A stretch of 64,000 nucleotides of DNA, from assembly GCA_963734535.1 (NCBI GenBank), contig CAVTHS010000014.1, positions 1-64,000 of the forward strand, read 5' to 3'. Position 1 is the stretch's first letter. Every line of letters begins with the position of its first letter. The notes beneath the pieces are model-generated. The model made no database searches. It worked only from the letters and a program-made list of their open reading frames with translations, and was not told the DNA's origin. Of this stretch, positions 9,901 through 19,049 are shown piece by piece. This stretch comes from an uncultured Chloroflexia bacterium (GTDB taxonomy: Bacteria > Chloroflexota > Limnocylindria > Limnocylindrales > CSP1-4). The position numbers were made by a program, and so were the translations under genes.

Positions 9901-10298
9901 CCGATGGATCCATGCCGGCCGATGGGCTCGGCGACGCCGGACCGGCGCTCGATGCCGAGGCGAAAGCCGCCTACCGACAGAGGCTCCAGGAGATTCGCCG
10001 AGAGCTCGCGGAGGCGGAGGGCTGGAACGACCCGGAACGCGTCGCTCGGCTGCAGGCCGAGGAAGTGGCGCTCGGGCGTGAGCTGGCTGCTGCGCTCGGA
10101 CTCGGAGGACGCGACCGTTCGTCCGCCTCCGCGGCAGAGCGCGCGCGGGTGAGCGTCACGCGAGCGATTCGGACCGCATTGCTGCGGATCGCCGAGCATA
10201 GCCCAGCCCTCGGGGATCACTTCGGCGCCACGATCCGGACCGGGACGTTCTGTTCCTACATGCCTGACCCTCGCGCGCCGATCACATGGCGGCCGTGA
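6921..10298 (+). CDS. Large STAND (AAA_16) ATPase-TPR transcriptional regulator with C-terminal winged-HTH-like domain
   Basis: FVGRDRELREL, GGEPGIGKSRL Walker A, LIVLDDLQAAD Walker B, TTGNPLFV, YRFSHDLVRE, helical repeats, C-terminal FRREGEYW...RDSKGVRHLARLL...AERARVSVTRAIR...IRTGTFCSY. Start GTG 6921 (ORF from 6840). Confidence 0.87.
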   Translation: MAQLQPGAFFVGRDRELRELLDALDEAGSGRGRIIMLGGEPGIGKSRLADELATRARERGHQVLWGRGWEDAGAPPYWPWVQALRSYLRSTDADDIRRQMGSGARDIAQMLPELRDLFPDLPAAPDPDSESARFQLFDSTATLLRNAARARPMLIVLDDLQAADTPSILFLRFLASQLSDMPVLLVATYRDVELTPEHPLTSAIAEVAREPLTRILVLAGLASDAVGQFIVATANVTPHDHLVAAVWRETTGNPLFVGEAIRLLSAEGRLSEVADLPSLRVAVPAGIRAVIGRRIGHLNEATIRGLGLGAALGPEFSLEVLRRIGEFGIDQALELVDEAVESGLLLPVAGVLGRYRFSHDLVRESLYDELSPGRRARLHRHIAHVLEEIYATSTEGHLAELAFHYVEAAQGGDAGLAPSDVERDGPKAIDYARRAGNDAARSLAYEEAARLYRMALAVLDADGVADDQARGETLLALGDVEARAGELDDARTTFLEAADIARRTGAGQHLARAALGFGGRHPWARPGKDTRLIPLLQDALVMLGGTDDRLRVRLLTRLACAWRSTPERRNDSAALSRQAVEIARGLDDPASLSYALAGRFWATWWPENPAERLPIAQEMAGIAEALADGERITAHLMLFLSLSELGRIAEARSESDTLSRVVGELRQPAHLWLEPVNRAELALLEGEFVLAEELIAWEMASRHRVTPGRDDVSAARMHRFLLRREQGRIAEEEATVRTSIDDFPWYPFHRAALACLLLDLGRDAEAGVVLDDLAEHEFRALYRDNEWLLGMSLASEACARLGDASAASTLYNQLQPFAGRHAVGHAEGSVGAVDRYLGLLAATLGRLDDADRHLTAAIQFNERMGARPWTAHSQHDLAVVLVRRDIPGDRERARQLDRAARATADKLGMVLAEGISAGTDEPTSAAAPGSPLTSGTFRREGEYWTIELGREAFRVRDSKGVRHLARLLAAPGREVHALELARLESPRAGAATVADGSMPADGLGDAGPALDAEAKAAYRQRLQEIRRELAEAEGWNDPERVARLQAEEVALGRELAAALGLGGRDRSSASAAERARVSVTRAIRTALLRIAEHSPALGDHFGATIRTGTFCSYMPDPRAPITWRP

Positions 10299-10519
10299 CG
10301 ACGGTTTCGGGATTCGGACGAGGGCGAGCCAGGCGACGGTGAGCAGGCGTGCTCCTCCGCGCGCGACCAGGGCCGCTCGAACCGGCCGGGCTCGGACGCG
10401 GTGCCGCGGCCCGGGCTGATGCGACGGACGAGACCGCTGTTGCGCGCGAAAGCGACGGGGGCGGCCACGCCAGGCACGTCGCCGAGCGGGGCCGCACCTG
10501 CCGCGACGTGAGTCGCCGA

Positions 10520-11261
10520 TCAGCTCCCGGCGAGCACCTCGAATCGCCAGTACGGCCAGTCCCCGTCGGCGGTCTCGAACGTCCCCGAGGCGCGCAGCGG
10601 GATCCGTTCGCCGGACGACAGGCGTTCGTGGCGGTCGAACTCGAGTCGGTAGGGTTCATGCAGGTATCCGGCGCGTCCGTGCTCGCGAGGCCGATCCGGC
10701 GACCGGGCCGATCGAACGTCGCCAGCGTCGTCGACCGTTACCCGGACGATTGCGTCGACGTCGATCCCAGGAGCCGCGAGGGTGAAGGCGTCCTCGCCGT
10801 CCGCCACCCACGACGAGTCCTCGCGCTCGCGACGCGGCGAGTGGAGCGAAGGCAAGCTCCGCGAGATTGCGGACGAGCTGCGACCGCGTCACCTCGGGCC
10901 CCCGGGCGGACCCGACCGGGATCACGCCGAGCAGTCGCGCTCCGCCGTAGCCTCCCTCGCGATCGAGCCGGTCCTCGGCGTCGACCCAGACCAGCCGCGA
11001 CAACCGCAGCCTGGCTTGCCAGCGAAAGCCGAGCCCTTCGGTTTCGAACGATTGGTGCCCGTCCCAGTCCATCCATCTCCCTCCGGGTGCCCGACAGATC
11101 GAACCCCGGACGTGGAGCCGTGTTGGGCCGGGATCATCGCCGGTCGGGACCGCCGCGTGGATCGCTGCCTCGAGCCAGCGGCGAGCGGCCAGCGGGCGAT
11201 CCGCCACGGTCGGTGGTGCTCCGCCCGGGGAGCGGTCTCCGGAATGAGCCATTGCCTTCAT
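10520..11261 (-). CDS. DUF6544-like protein, split by a frameshift near 10815
   Basis: GFRWQARLR...DAEDRLDREGG...LLGVIPVGSARGPEVTRSQLVRNLAELAFAP continues in another frame to IPLRASGTFETADGDWPYWRFEV*. Confidence 0.65.
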
Positions 11262-11337
11262 GGTCTTCTCCGATCAGTGGTGACGCGAGTGCGGTCGGTC
11301 CGGCGCTGAACCCGCAGCGAGGAACGCAGGCGGATCA

Positions 11338-12724
11338 TCAGTGGCTCGCCGTTGTGCCGTCGAGTGTCGTCCCTGACCGGACCGACGTCACGACGGCGAC
11401 GATCGCGTCGCTCGCCGCGGTCGCGCCCTTCGCGCTCTCGATCAGCGAGTCATGCGTGAGGTCGGGGAAGACCCGGTGCGACACATCCGTGGAGAGGTTT
11501 GCCATGCGGTCCTGCTGGTCGAGCCAGCCCTCGAGCGACTCGGCTGCGGCCGTGACCACGACGAGCGGCCGGTCGCCCAGGTTCGGGAGCGCGCTCGCCG
11601 CGTCGAGGATGCCGTCGAGCCGGACGAACTCTTCACCGAAGCTCGCTGCCGCCTGCGGGGTGGATTCGGCAGCGTGTCGGCGAGCCTCGACGTCTGGCGG
11701 CAGGTCGCTCGACCCGACCGAGGTCACCAGTCGGGCGATGCCGACTCGGGCCAGGCCAGGCAGGATCCCCGTGAGCGTGCTGGCCTGGCCCTGCACGGAC
11801 TGGCCACCGGGCAGCGAGGGCGTCGCGTGCGGCGACTGCGCGTCGAGCAGCACGACACCCGCCACCTCGTCCGCGTACGCGGCCGCGAAGAAGCGCACGT
11901 ACAACCCGCCTGCGGAGTGGCCGGCGAGGATGTAGGGACCAGGGTTGCCCGACGCGGCGAGGAGCGCATGGAGGTCGCGAGCGATGGCCGCACCGTCCTG
12001 GGCGCCGCTTGCGGGCTCGCTCCTGCCCCGACCGGCCCGGTCGTAGGCGCACACCCGCGTCGTCGAGGCGACCGCCGGGGCGATGCGCGCGAAGTAGGCA
12101 GAACCCTGGCCGAGACCGCCCTCGAGGACGACGGTCGGGCTCCCCGTACCCGTGCACGAGATGAACAGCCTGTGTCCGCCGACGTCGACCATCTCCCCGG
12201 CGACTCCGGCTGGTCCGCCGTCAGTCGCCTCGATCACGGTCTCGGCGGCGCCGCCGACCGCGAGCAGGGCGAGGACGCCGACGACCGGGAAGAGGAGCCA
12301 CCGCGACCGACCCGGGACGTCCCGGCGGACGCGCTGGACCAGCCAGGCTGCCAGCACGAGCACCGGCACGGGCCAGGCCCACGAGAGCAGGCCCATGGCC
12401 TGGGTCCCGGGAGCGAAGATCGATGAGCGCGATGCCGGTCGTGCTCATGATCGCTGCGGGCACGAACCCCCATCGCTGGGGATGGTTCGTGAACCGGATC
12501 GAGAGCATGGCGATGAGCGCCCAGCCGATGCCCCAGCCGAGCAGGGCGGCGCCGGTCATGCGGCTCTCGCCGCCTCCGGCGGCAGGCCCCAGCGCGATGA
12601 GAAGCGGCAGCAGGAACCCGACCAGCAGTGATGGGAGGACCACGAGAGAGAGGCGGTTCGACCGCGCAGGCGGCGCAGGCCGCGCGTTCCGGGTGGCGAT
12701 GGGTGTGGCAAGCTCGACCGTCAT
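11338..12724 (-). CDS. Membrane-anchored alpha/beta hydrolase; frameshift near 12420
   Basis: N-terminal TM helices (ORF 12221-12739) join VDVGGHRLFISCTGTGSPTVVLEGG, YDRAGRGRS, GHSAG nucleophile motif, VVLLDA and catalytic His (THDSL). Confidence 0.85.
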
Positions 12725-12814
12725 CTCGATCCCCTCCATTCGACGACGGGGACGGGGGACACCCGGCCTGCCGTTGTCACCCGGACCGTAGGCGCAGCGC
12801 CACGGAGGGCCATC

Positions 12815-12849
12815 GGGGCCAGCCCATCGATCGGCCTCAGGGTCAGCCC
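12815..12849. promoter_or_regulatory. Possible response-regulator boxes upstream of the hydrolase
   Basis: GGGGCCAGCCC (12815-12825) and AGGGTCAGCCC (12839-12849), imperfect direct repeats near a NarL-type regulator locus. Confidence 0.3.
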
Positions 12850-12864
12850 GGATGCGGGGTGCCG

Positions 12865-13184
12865 TACGATTGGGCCGCGATCCCTCGTGGGCCGGCGCTG
12901 GACGACCTGATCTTCATGGCGCAGATCGCGATCCCGATCGCGGTCCTGCTCGTGGTCTTCCAGGCCCGGATGGCCCGCGCCGCCGTCGCGGACCTCGTCG
13001 TCGAGCTGGGACAGACGCCGACGCCCGCCCGCCTCCGCGATGCCCTCGCGAACGCGCTCGGCGATCCCTCCCTGCAGGTCGCGTACTGGGCACCCGACGA
13101 GGATCGGTGCGGATCGTGGCCCGGATCCCGAGCGCGGCACCGACACGCCGCGCCGACGGCACGACCGCGCGGGTCGCGACGTGA
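12865..13184 (+). pseudogene. Remnant of a sensor histidine kinase (deleted at 5' end and internally)
   Basis: IAIPIAVLLVVFQARMARAAVADLVVELG...LRDALANALGDPSLQVAYW (post-TM region of NarL-partner kinases) jumps to VRIVARIPS (HATPase-like terminal strand); the HisKA_3/HATPase core is missing; it lies directly upstream of two response regulators. Confidence 0.65.
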
Positions 13185-13256
13185 TCGTCCGATCCGGTGC
13201 CGGTTTCCGGGTTATCCCTGTAGGCGCCTTGCTGGGTCGAGGTGGATGATCGGGCC

Positions 13257-13613
13257 ATGACGACCATCCTGATCATCGACGATCACGCCGCGTTTCGCGT
13301 CCAGGCGCGTGCCCTCCTCGTGGCCGACGGCTTCTCCGTGATCGGCGAGGCTGTCGACGGAACGTCCGGCCTCGAGGCCGCGCGGACGCTCCGGCCCGAT
13401 CTCGTCCTGCTGGACATCGGGCTGCCCGACGTCGAGGGCTTCGAGGTCGCCAGGGAGCTCGCGGTCACCGGACCGCCGCCACTTGTCGTGCTGACCTCGA
13501 GCCGCGAGGCGAGCGAGTACGGCCCGCGGCTGACGAGCAGCCGGGTCCTCGGGTTCATCCCCAAGGACGAGCTGTCGGGCGCAGCGATCCGGGCACTGGT
13601 GCGCCTGGCATGA
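13257..13613 (+). CDS. Single-domain response regulator (receiver only)
   Basis: ILIIDDH, PDLVLLDIGLPDVEG, LTSS and FIPK receiver motifs. Confidence 0.9.
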   Translation: MTTILIIDDHAAFRVQARALLVADGFSVIGEAVDGTSGLEAARTLRPDLVLLDIGLPDVEGFEVARELAVTGPPPLVVLTSSREASEYGPRLTSSRVLGFIPKDELSGAAIRALVRLA

Positions 13614-14263
13614 GCCTGCGTGTCGTCCTGGCCGACGACTCGGTCCTGCTCCGGGAGGGGATCGCCCGGCTGCTGGCGGAGGCCGGGATCGAGGTCGTCG
13701 GCCAGGCCGGCGACTCCACCGCACTCATGGCAGCGGTCCGCGAGCACAGGCCGGACGTGGCGATCGTCGACATTCGGATGCCGCCGACGCACACCGACGA
13801 GGGCCTCCGCGCCGCCGAGGCGATCCGCGCCGAGCACGGCACGAGCGTCGGGATCCTCGTCCTGTCGCAGTACGTGGAGACGACCTTCGCCCTGCGGCTC
13901 GTCGCCGACGGGGCAGGCGGCGTGGGCTACCTGTTGAAGGACCGGGTCGACGACCTCGACGACTTTGCCGACGCGATCCGGCGGATCGCACGCGGCGGCT
14001 CCGTGATCGACCCCGAGGTCGTCGCCCAGCTCGTCGGGAGGCGGCGCGCGCGGGTCCCGCTCGACGACCTGTCCGAGCGCGAGCGCGAGGTGCTCGCGCT
14101 GATGGCCGAGGGTCGCTCGAACCAGGCCATCTGCGACAGGCTCTTCCTCGCTCCGAAGACGGTCGAGGCCCACATCGCCAACATCTTCTCGAAGCTCGAG
14201 CTCCTGCCGGCGCCCGACGATCATCGCCGGGTCCTCGCCGTCCTGGCGCACCTGCGGGGCTGA
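13610..14263 (+). CDS. NarL/LuxR-family response regulator
   Basis: VVLADDSVLLREG, DIRMPP, GYLLKDRV, LSEREREVLALMAEGRSN HTH; ATGA overlap with the upstream gene. Confidence 0.94.
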   Translation: MSLRVVLADDSVLLREGIARLLAEAGIEVVGQAGDSTALMAAVREHRPDVAIVDIRMPPTHTDEGLRAAEAIRAEHGTSVGILVLSQYVETTFALRLVADGAGGVGYLLKDRVDDLDDFADAIRRIARGGSVIDPEVVAQLVGRRRARVPLDDLSEREREVLALMAEGRSNQAICDRLFLAPKTVEAHIANIFSKLELLPAPDDHRRVLAVLAHLRG

Positions 14264-14352
14264 TCGGTCGGACCCGTCTCGGCGCCCACGGGATGAACCA
14301 CGGTGACCGGCGACGTGTCGCTCCACCCCGCGGGCTGGTACGTTGGCGGAAC

Positions 14353-17124
14353 ATGGCCAGCCTGCTGCTCGAGACCAAGCTCTTCACACCGCGGCCGCGC
14401 CGCGGCCTGGTCGCTCGTCCGAGACTGAGCGAGCGCCTTGGCCGTGGGGCCGAGTCGAAGCTGACGCTCATCTCGGCGCCGGCCGGCTTCGGCAAGACGA
14501 CGCTGCTGGCCGACTGGCTGGCGGCCGCTCCGGCCAGTGGCCGGTCGGTGGCGTGGCTGTCGCTCGACCGTGCCGACAGCCAGCCCTCGACGTTCTGGAC
14601 GTACCTGATCGCCGCCCTGCAGACGGTGCAGCCGGAGGTCGGCGCGAATGCCCTCGCGCTCCTCCAGGAGTCCCAGCCACCGCCGTTCGAGACGATCCTC
14701 GCGACGCTGCTCAACGAGCTCGGCGCGCTGCAGAACGAGATCGTGCTGGTGCTCGACGACTACCACGAGGTCGACACGCACGATATCCAGGGCGGCATGG
14801 CGTTCCTGCTGGAGCACCTGCCCCGCCAGCTGCACCTGGTGATCACCACACGCGCTGACCCGACGCTGCCCCTGGCTCGCCTGCGGGCGCGGGGAGAGCT
14901 CGTGGAGATCCGTGCCGCCGATCTGCGCTTCAACCCGGACGAGGCTGCCGCGTACCTCAACGACGTGATGGGACTGGGTCTTGCCGCGGCGGATGTCGCG
15001 GCGCTGGAGACCCGCACCGAAGGCTGGATCGCCGCGCTCCAGCTGGCGGCGCTCTCGATGCAGGGGCGTGACGATGTCGCCGGCTTCATCGCGGGCTTCT
15101 CCGGGGACGACCGCTACATCGTCGACTACCTGGTCGAGGAGGTCCTGCGCCGTCAACCCGAGCACGTCCGGATGTTCCTGTTGCAGACCTCCATCCTGGG
15201 CCGCCTGAGCGGCCCACTCTGCGATGCCGTCACCGGCCACGACGGCGGCAAGGCCATGCTCGAAGCCCTGGATCGAGGGAACCTGTTCCTCGTCCCGCTC
15301 GACGACCGCCGCCGGTGGTATCGCTATCAGCATCTCTTCTCGGACGTTCTGCGGGCACACCTCGTGGACGAGCAGCCGGACCGAGTCCCCCTTCTCCACC
15401 GGCGGGCGAGCGACTGGTACGAGCAGAACGGCGAGCGGTTCGAGGCCATCCGCCACGCGCTGGCTGCCGAGGACTTCGACCGGGCAGCCGACCTCATCGA
15501 GCGCGCCGTGCCGGCGATGCGCCGGAGCCGACAGGAGGCTGTCCTGCTCGCGTGGCTGCGGGCGCTGCCGGACGAGGTCTTCGCCGTCAGGCCCGTGCTC
15601 AGCGTTCATCACGCCGGGGCGTTGCTGGCTCACGGCCAGCTCGATGGCGTGGAGGCGCGTCTCCACGACGCCGAACGGTGGCTCGACACGACGGCCGAGG
15701 GGCAGGCACGACCGAAGACGGTGTCGGCGGAGCGGGTCGTCGTGGACGAAGAGGAATTCCTGCGTCTCCCGATCGGGATCGCCATCTACCGCGCCGCACA
15801 GGCCCTGGCCACCGGCGACGTGGCCAGCACGGTGAAATACGCCCAACAGGCACTCGACCTCGCACCTGAGGATGACCACCTCCGGCGCGGCTCGGCAGCG
15901 GGGCTCCTGGGACTCGCATATTGGACACGTGGGGACCTCGAGGCGGCGCACCGTTCGTATGCCGATTGCATGGCGAACCTGCACAAGGTGGGGCACCTCT
16001 CTGACGTCATGGGTTGCGCACTCGCCCTCGCTGACATCCGGATCGCGCAAGGCCGCCTCGGCGAGGCAAAGGGCACCTACGAGCAGGCACTACAGCTTGC
16101 GAACGAACCGGGCGCGCCCGTGCTGCGGGGAACGGCCGACATGCACGTTGGCCTGAGCGAGCTGTCCCTCGAACGGGATGATCTTGATGGCGCCCTGCAG
16201 CACCTGCTCACGAGCAAGGAATTGGGCGAGCAGGCTGGCCTGCCGCAGAACGCGTACCGCTGGCGGGTCGCCATGGCTCGGATACGCAACGCCGAAGGAG
16301 ATCTGGACGCGGCGCTCGACCTGCTCCAGGGGGCCGAGGGCCTGTACATGAGTGACTACTTCCCCAGGGTGCGACCCATCGCAGCACTGAGGGCCCGCGT
16401 GTGGGTCGCACAGGGGAAGCTGGGCGAAGCCGTGGGTTGGGCGCGTGAGCAGGGCCTGTCGGCTGCGGACGATCTCAGCTACCTGCGTGAGTTCGAGCAC
16501 ATCACCCTCGCCCGGGTGTTGCTTGCCCGGTCGATCCAGGACCGTGCCGACCGCTCCACGCGTGAGGCCGAGGAGCTCATTGAGCGCCTCCTGCAGGCGG
16601 CGCAGGAAGGTTCGAGGACGGGGAGCGTCATCGAGCTCCTGGTGTTGCAGTCGCTCGCCCACCAGGTCCAGGGCAACATCCCGGCTGCTCTTGCGCCGCT
16701 GGAGCGCGCCCTGGCGCTGGCCGAGCGAGAGGGCTATGTCCGCATGTTCGTGGATGAGGGCCAGCCCATGGCGGTCCTCCTCGAGGCAGCCGCCGAGCAG
16801 GAGATCGCACCGACCTACGTCCGTCGCCTGCTCACCGCCCTGGGCGACGCCGTGGACGACGCGTCCGCCAGGCAGGGCTTGGTCGAGCCCCTCAGCGAGC
16901 GTGAGCTTGACGTGCTCCGGCTGCTCGGGACCGACCTGGACGGCCCGGACATCGCCCGCCAGCTCGTGCTGTCCCTGCACACCGTGCGGAGCCATACCAA
17001 GAACATCTACGCCAAGCTCGGCGTGAACAACCGTCGGGCAGCGGTCCGCCGGGCCGAGGAGCTCGACCTGTTGGCGCAGGCCCGCAACCGCCAACCCCGG
17101 CCGGCGGTCGTACGCGACGCATAG
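14353..17124 (+). CDS. MalT-like LuxR-family transcriptional regulator, paralog 2
   Basis: LLETKLFTP, APAGFGKTT, VLDDYH, TEGWIAALQLA, TPR region, LSERELDVLRLL...TVRSHTKNIYAKLGV. Confidence 0.93.
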   Translation: MASLLLETKLFTPRPRRGLVARPRLSERLGRGAESKLTLISAPAGFGKTTLLADWLAAAPASGRSVAWLSLDRADSQPSTFWTYLIAALQTVQPEVGANALALLQESQPPPFETILATLLNELGALQNEIVLVLDDYHEVDTHDIQGGMAFLLEHLPRQLHLVITTRADPTLPLARLRARGELVEIRAADLRFNPDEAAAYLNDVMGLGLAAADVAALETRTEGWIAALQLAALSMQGRDDVAGFIAGFSGDDRYIVDYLVEEVLRRQPEHVRMFLLQTSILGRLSGPLCDAVTGHDGGKAMLEALDRGNLFLVPLDDRRRWYRYQHLFSDVLRAHLVDEQPDRVPLLHRRASDWYEQNGERFEAIRHALAAEDFDRAADLIERAVPAMRRSRQEAVLLAWLRALPDEVFAVRPVLSVHHAGALLAHGQLDGVEARLHDAERWLDTTAEGQARPKTVSAERVVVDEEEFLRLPIGIAIYRAAQALATGDVASTVKYAQQALDLAPEDDHLRRGSAAGLLGLAYWTRGDLEAAHRSYADCMANLHKVGHLSDVMGCALALADIRIAQGRLGEAKGTYEQALQLANEPGAPVLRGTADMHVGLSELSLERDDLDGALQHLLTSKELGEQAGLPQNAYRWRVAMARIRNAEGDLDAALDLLQGAEGLYMSDYFPRVRPIAALRARVWVAQGKLGEAVGWAREQGLSAADDLSYLREFEHITLARVLLARSIQDRADRSTREAEELIERLLQAAQEGSRTGSVIELLVLQSLAHQVQGNIPAALAPLERALALAEREGYVRMFVDEGQPMAVLLEAAAEQEIAPTYVRRLLTALGDAVDDASARQGLVEPLSERELDVLRLLGTDLDGPDIARQLVLSLHTVRSHTKNIYAKLGVNNRRAAVRRAEELDLLAQARNRQPRPAVVRDA

Positions 17125-17278
17125 GCTCACATGTGGGCCCGACACGTCGCCGCGCGCCGATGACGGGGACCGGGCACCAGTAGCGACCGGCCGCGGCGAC
17201 GCGGTGAACGGGCATCGCGGGAACGGCAGGCGCGGGAAACCAGGCCAACCCGGGGTTTCTCGCGTCCGGACCGACAAG

Positions 17279-17337
17279 AATCACCACATCAATCACCACG
17301 TGTGGTGATGCGCGCTCACCACATCCGCCCCTAGCTT
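17279..17337 (+). promoter_or_regulatory. Array of TCACCAC boxes plus -10 element
   Basis: AATCACCACA (17279), AATCACCACG (17291), inverted TGTGGTGAT (17301), TCACCACAT (17316), then TAGCTT (17332-17337), upstream of the 17407 operon. Confidence 0.7.
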
Positions 17338-17406
17338 CCGGATAACGCCAGCAACGATCGCGACGCCGGCGGCATCCACTGAGAGATCAGGAGGCGAAAG
17401 GAGCAG

Positions 17407-17661
17407 ATGAGCGGAAGAGCACGCATCGACGGCAACGGCCGCGAGGCCGGACGATACGAGATCCGCCTCAAGGGGCACCTCGATACCCGGTGGGCCACCT
17501 GGTTTGACGGGCTGAGCCTCACCCACGCGAGCGACGGCATCACGATCATCCATGGCCCCATCGCCGACCAGGCCGCCCTGCATGGCCTGCTCCAGAAGGT
17601 TCGGGACACGGGCCTGCCGCTGGTCTCGGTCATCTGCATCGATCCCGACCAGCCGAGCTGA
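17407..17661 (+). CDS. Conserved small hypothetical protein (YEIRLKGHLDxRWxxWFDG type)
   Basis: 84 aa with an AGGAG RBS; YEIRLKGHLDTRWATWFDGL...GPIADQAALHGLLQKVRDTGLPLVSV has a mixed beta/alpha pattern, possibly ACT/ferredoxin-like. Confidence 0.8.
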   Translation: MSGRARIDGNGREAGRYEIRLKGHLDTRWATWFDGLSLTHASDGITIIHGPIADQAALHGLLQKVRDTGLPLVSVICIDPDQPS

Positions 17662-17778
17662 CCGCCAACGAACCCCCGGGCAGCCCAGACCCGAATCCGG
17701 TCGTTGACCGAGCCACGAGCGAATTCACCAGGAGACAGCTGGTTCCCAGCGTCCCTCAGCAATGAAAGGAATCCCGCC

Positions 17779-18540
17779 ATGACCTCATCGCGAAAGATCG
17801 CGCTCGCCGTGGGCGTGCTGTTCATCCTCACCTTCATCACCTCGATTGGAGGAGCGATTGCCTACGGACCCGTCCTGAGCGACCCCAGCTACATCACCGG
17901 TGCCGGCGCCGACGGCCGCGTGCTCCTGGGGGCGTTCCTCGAGCTCATGCTCATCCTCACCAACATCGGCTGCGCGACCGTGCTGTTCCCGCTCCTCAAG
18001 CGGCAGCACGAAGGCCTCGCCCTCGCCTACGTCGCCGCCCGGATCGTCGAGTGCACGTTCATCCTGGTCGGCATCCTCAGCGTGCTTGCCATCGTGACGT
18101 TGCGCCAGACCGCGACCGCCGCGGATGCGGGCTCGATCCTCACCATCGGCAAGGCGCTCCACACGATCAAGGACTGGACCTTCCTGCTGGGCCCCGGCTT
18201 CACCGACGGCATCGGGACCGGACTGATCCTGGGCTGGGTGCTGTACCGGTCCGGCCTCGTGTCGCGGCGCATGGCGCTCTTCGGCATCATCGGTGGTCCG
18301 CTGCTCGCCGCTTCAGGGATGGCCGTGCTGTTCGGTGTCATCCCGCAGGGCTCCGCCGCGCAGGGTATCGCGACCGTCCCGGAGTTCATCTGGGAGGCGT
18401 TCATGGGCCTGTGGTTCACGTTCAAGGGTTTCAAGGCCCTGTCTCCGGCCGCAAATGCCTTCGACTCGGACGCGGACGAGCAGTCGGCAGGGGCCACCCG
18501 CGCACCGATCGCCGTCGCCACGAAGGCGGCTGCAGCATGA
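17779..18540 (+). CDS. DUF4386-family membrane protein
   Basis: RKIALAVGVLFILTF, LFPLLKRQHEGLALAYVAARIVE, LYRSGLVSR, PEFIWE; about 6 TM; GAAAGGA RBS. Confidence 0.82.
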   Translation: MTSSRKIALAVGVLFILTFITSIGGAIAYGPVLSDPSYITGAGADGRVLLGAFLELMLILTNIGCATVLFPLLKRQHEGLALAYVAARIVECTFILVGILSVLAIVTLRQTATAADAGSILTIGKALHTIKDWTFLLGPGFTDGIGTGLILGWVLYRSGLVSRRMALFGIIGGPLLAASGMAVLFGVIPQGSAAQGIATVPEFIWEAFMGLWFTFKGFKALSPAANAFDSDADEQSAGATRAPIAVATKAAAA

Positions 18541-19049
18541 CCGCGGTCCGCGAGCAGGCAGCTCCGGCCTCTCCGCGGGTGTTCGTCCGGGTCGCCTGGG
18601 TGCTGCACCGCGCCTACTACCGGCTCACCGGGGGCCGGCGCGGACTCTGGCGACCGAAGGCTGGAGCCAAGTTCGGGACGATGCGCCTCACGACGCTCGG
18701 GCGGCGCTCGGGCCAGCCGCGGGTCGCGATCGTCGGCTACTACGAGGACGGCCCCAACCTGGTCACGCTGGCCATGAACGGCTGGGCCGAGGCGGAGCCG
18801 GCGTGGTGGCTCAACCTCCAGGCGCAGCCGGAAACGGTCGTCGAGCTGAAGGATGGTCCACGCGAGGTCCGGGCCCGCGTCGCGGCGGGACCGGAGCGGG
18901 AGCGGCTGTGGGCCGGCTTCCGCGACTATCCCGGCTGGGGCGACGACCTCGACGGGCTCGCAGCGCGCCGATCGACGGAGCGCGCGGTGGTCGTCCTCGA
19001 GCCCCGCACGATCGCAGCCGGGCAACCGTTCCCGAAAGCAGCGGCGTGA
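18537..19049 (+). CDS. Deazaflavin (F420)-dependent nitroreductase/quinone reductase family (DDN-like)
   Basis: LTTLGRRSGQPR, LAMNGWAEAEPAWWLNLQAQPET, ERERLW, RAVVVLEP. Confidence 0.87.
   Translation: MTAVREQAAPASPRVFVRVAWVLHRAYYRLTGGRRGLWRPKAGAKFGTMRLTTLGRRSGQPRVAIVGYYEDGPNLVTLAMNGWAEAEPAWWLNLQAQPETVVELKDGPREVRARVAAGPERERLWAGFRDYPGWGDDLDGLAARRSTERAVVVLEPRTIAAGQPFPKAAA

Noticed and set aside
6921-10298. Avs/NLR-type anti-phage defence STAND protein
   Set aside because: There is no nuclease, TIR, SIR2 or protease effector. The architecture ends in a DNA-binding-type domain, which fits a transcriptional regulator.
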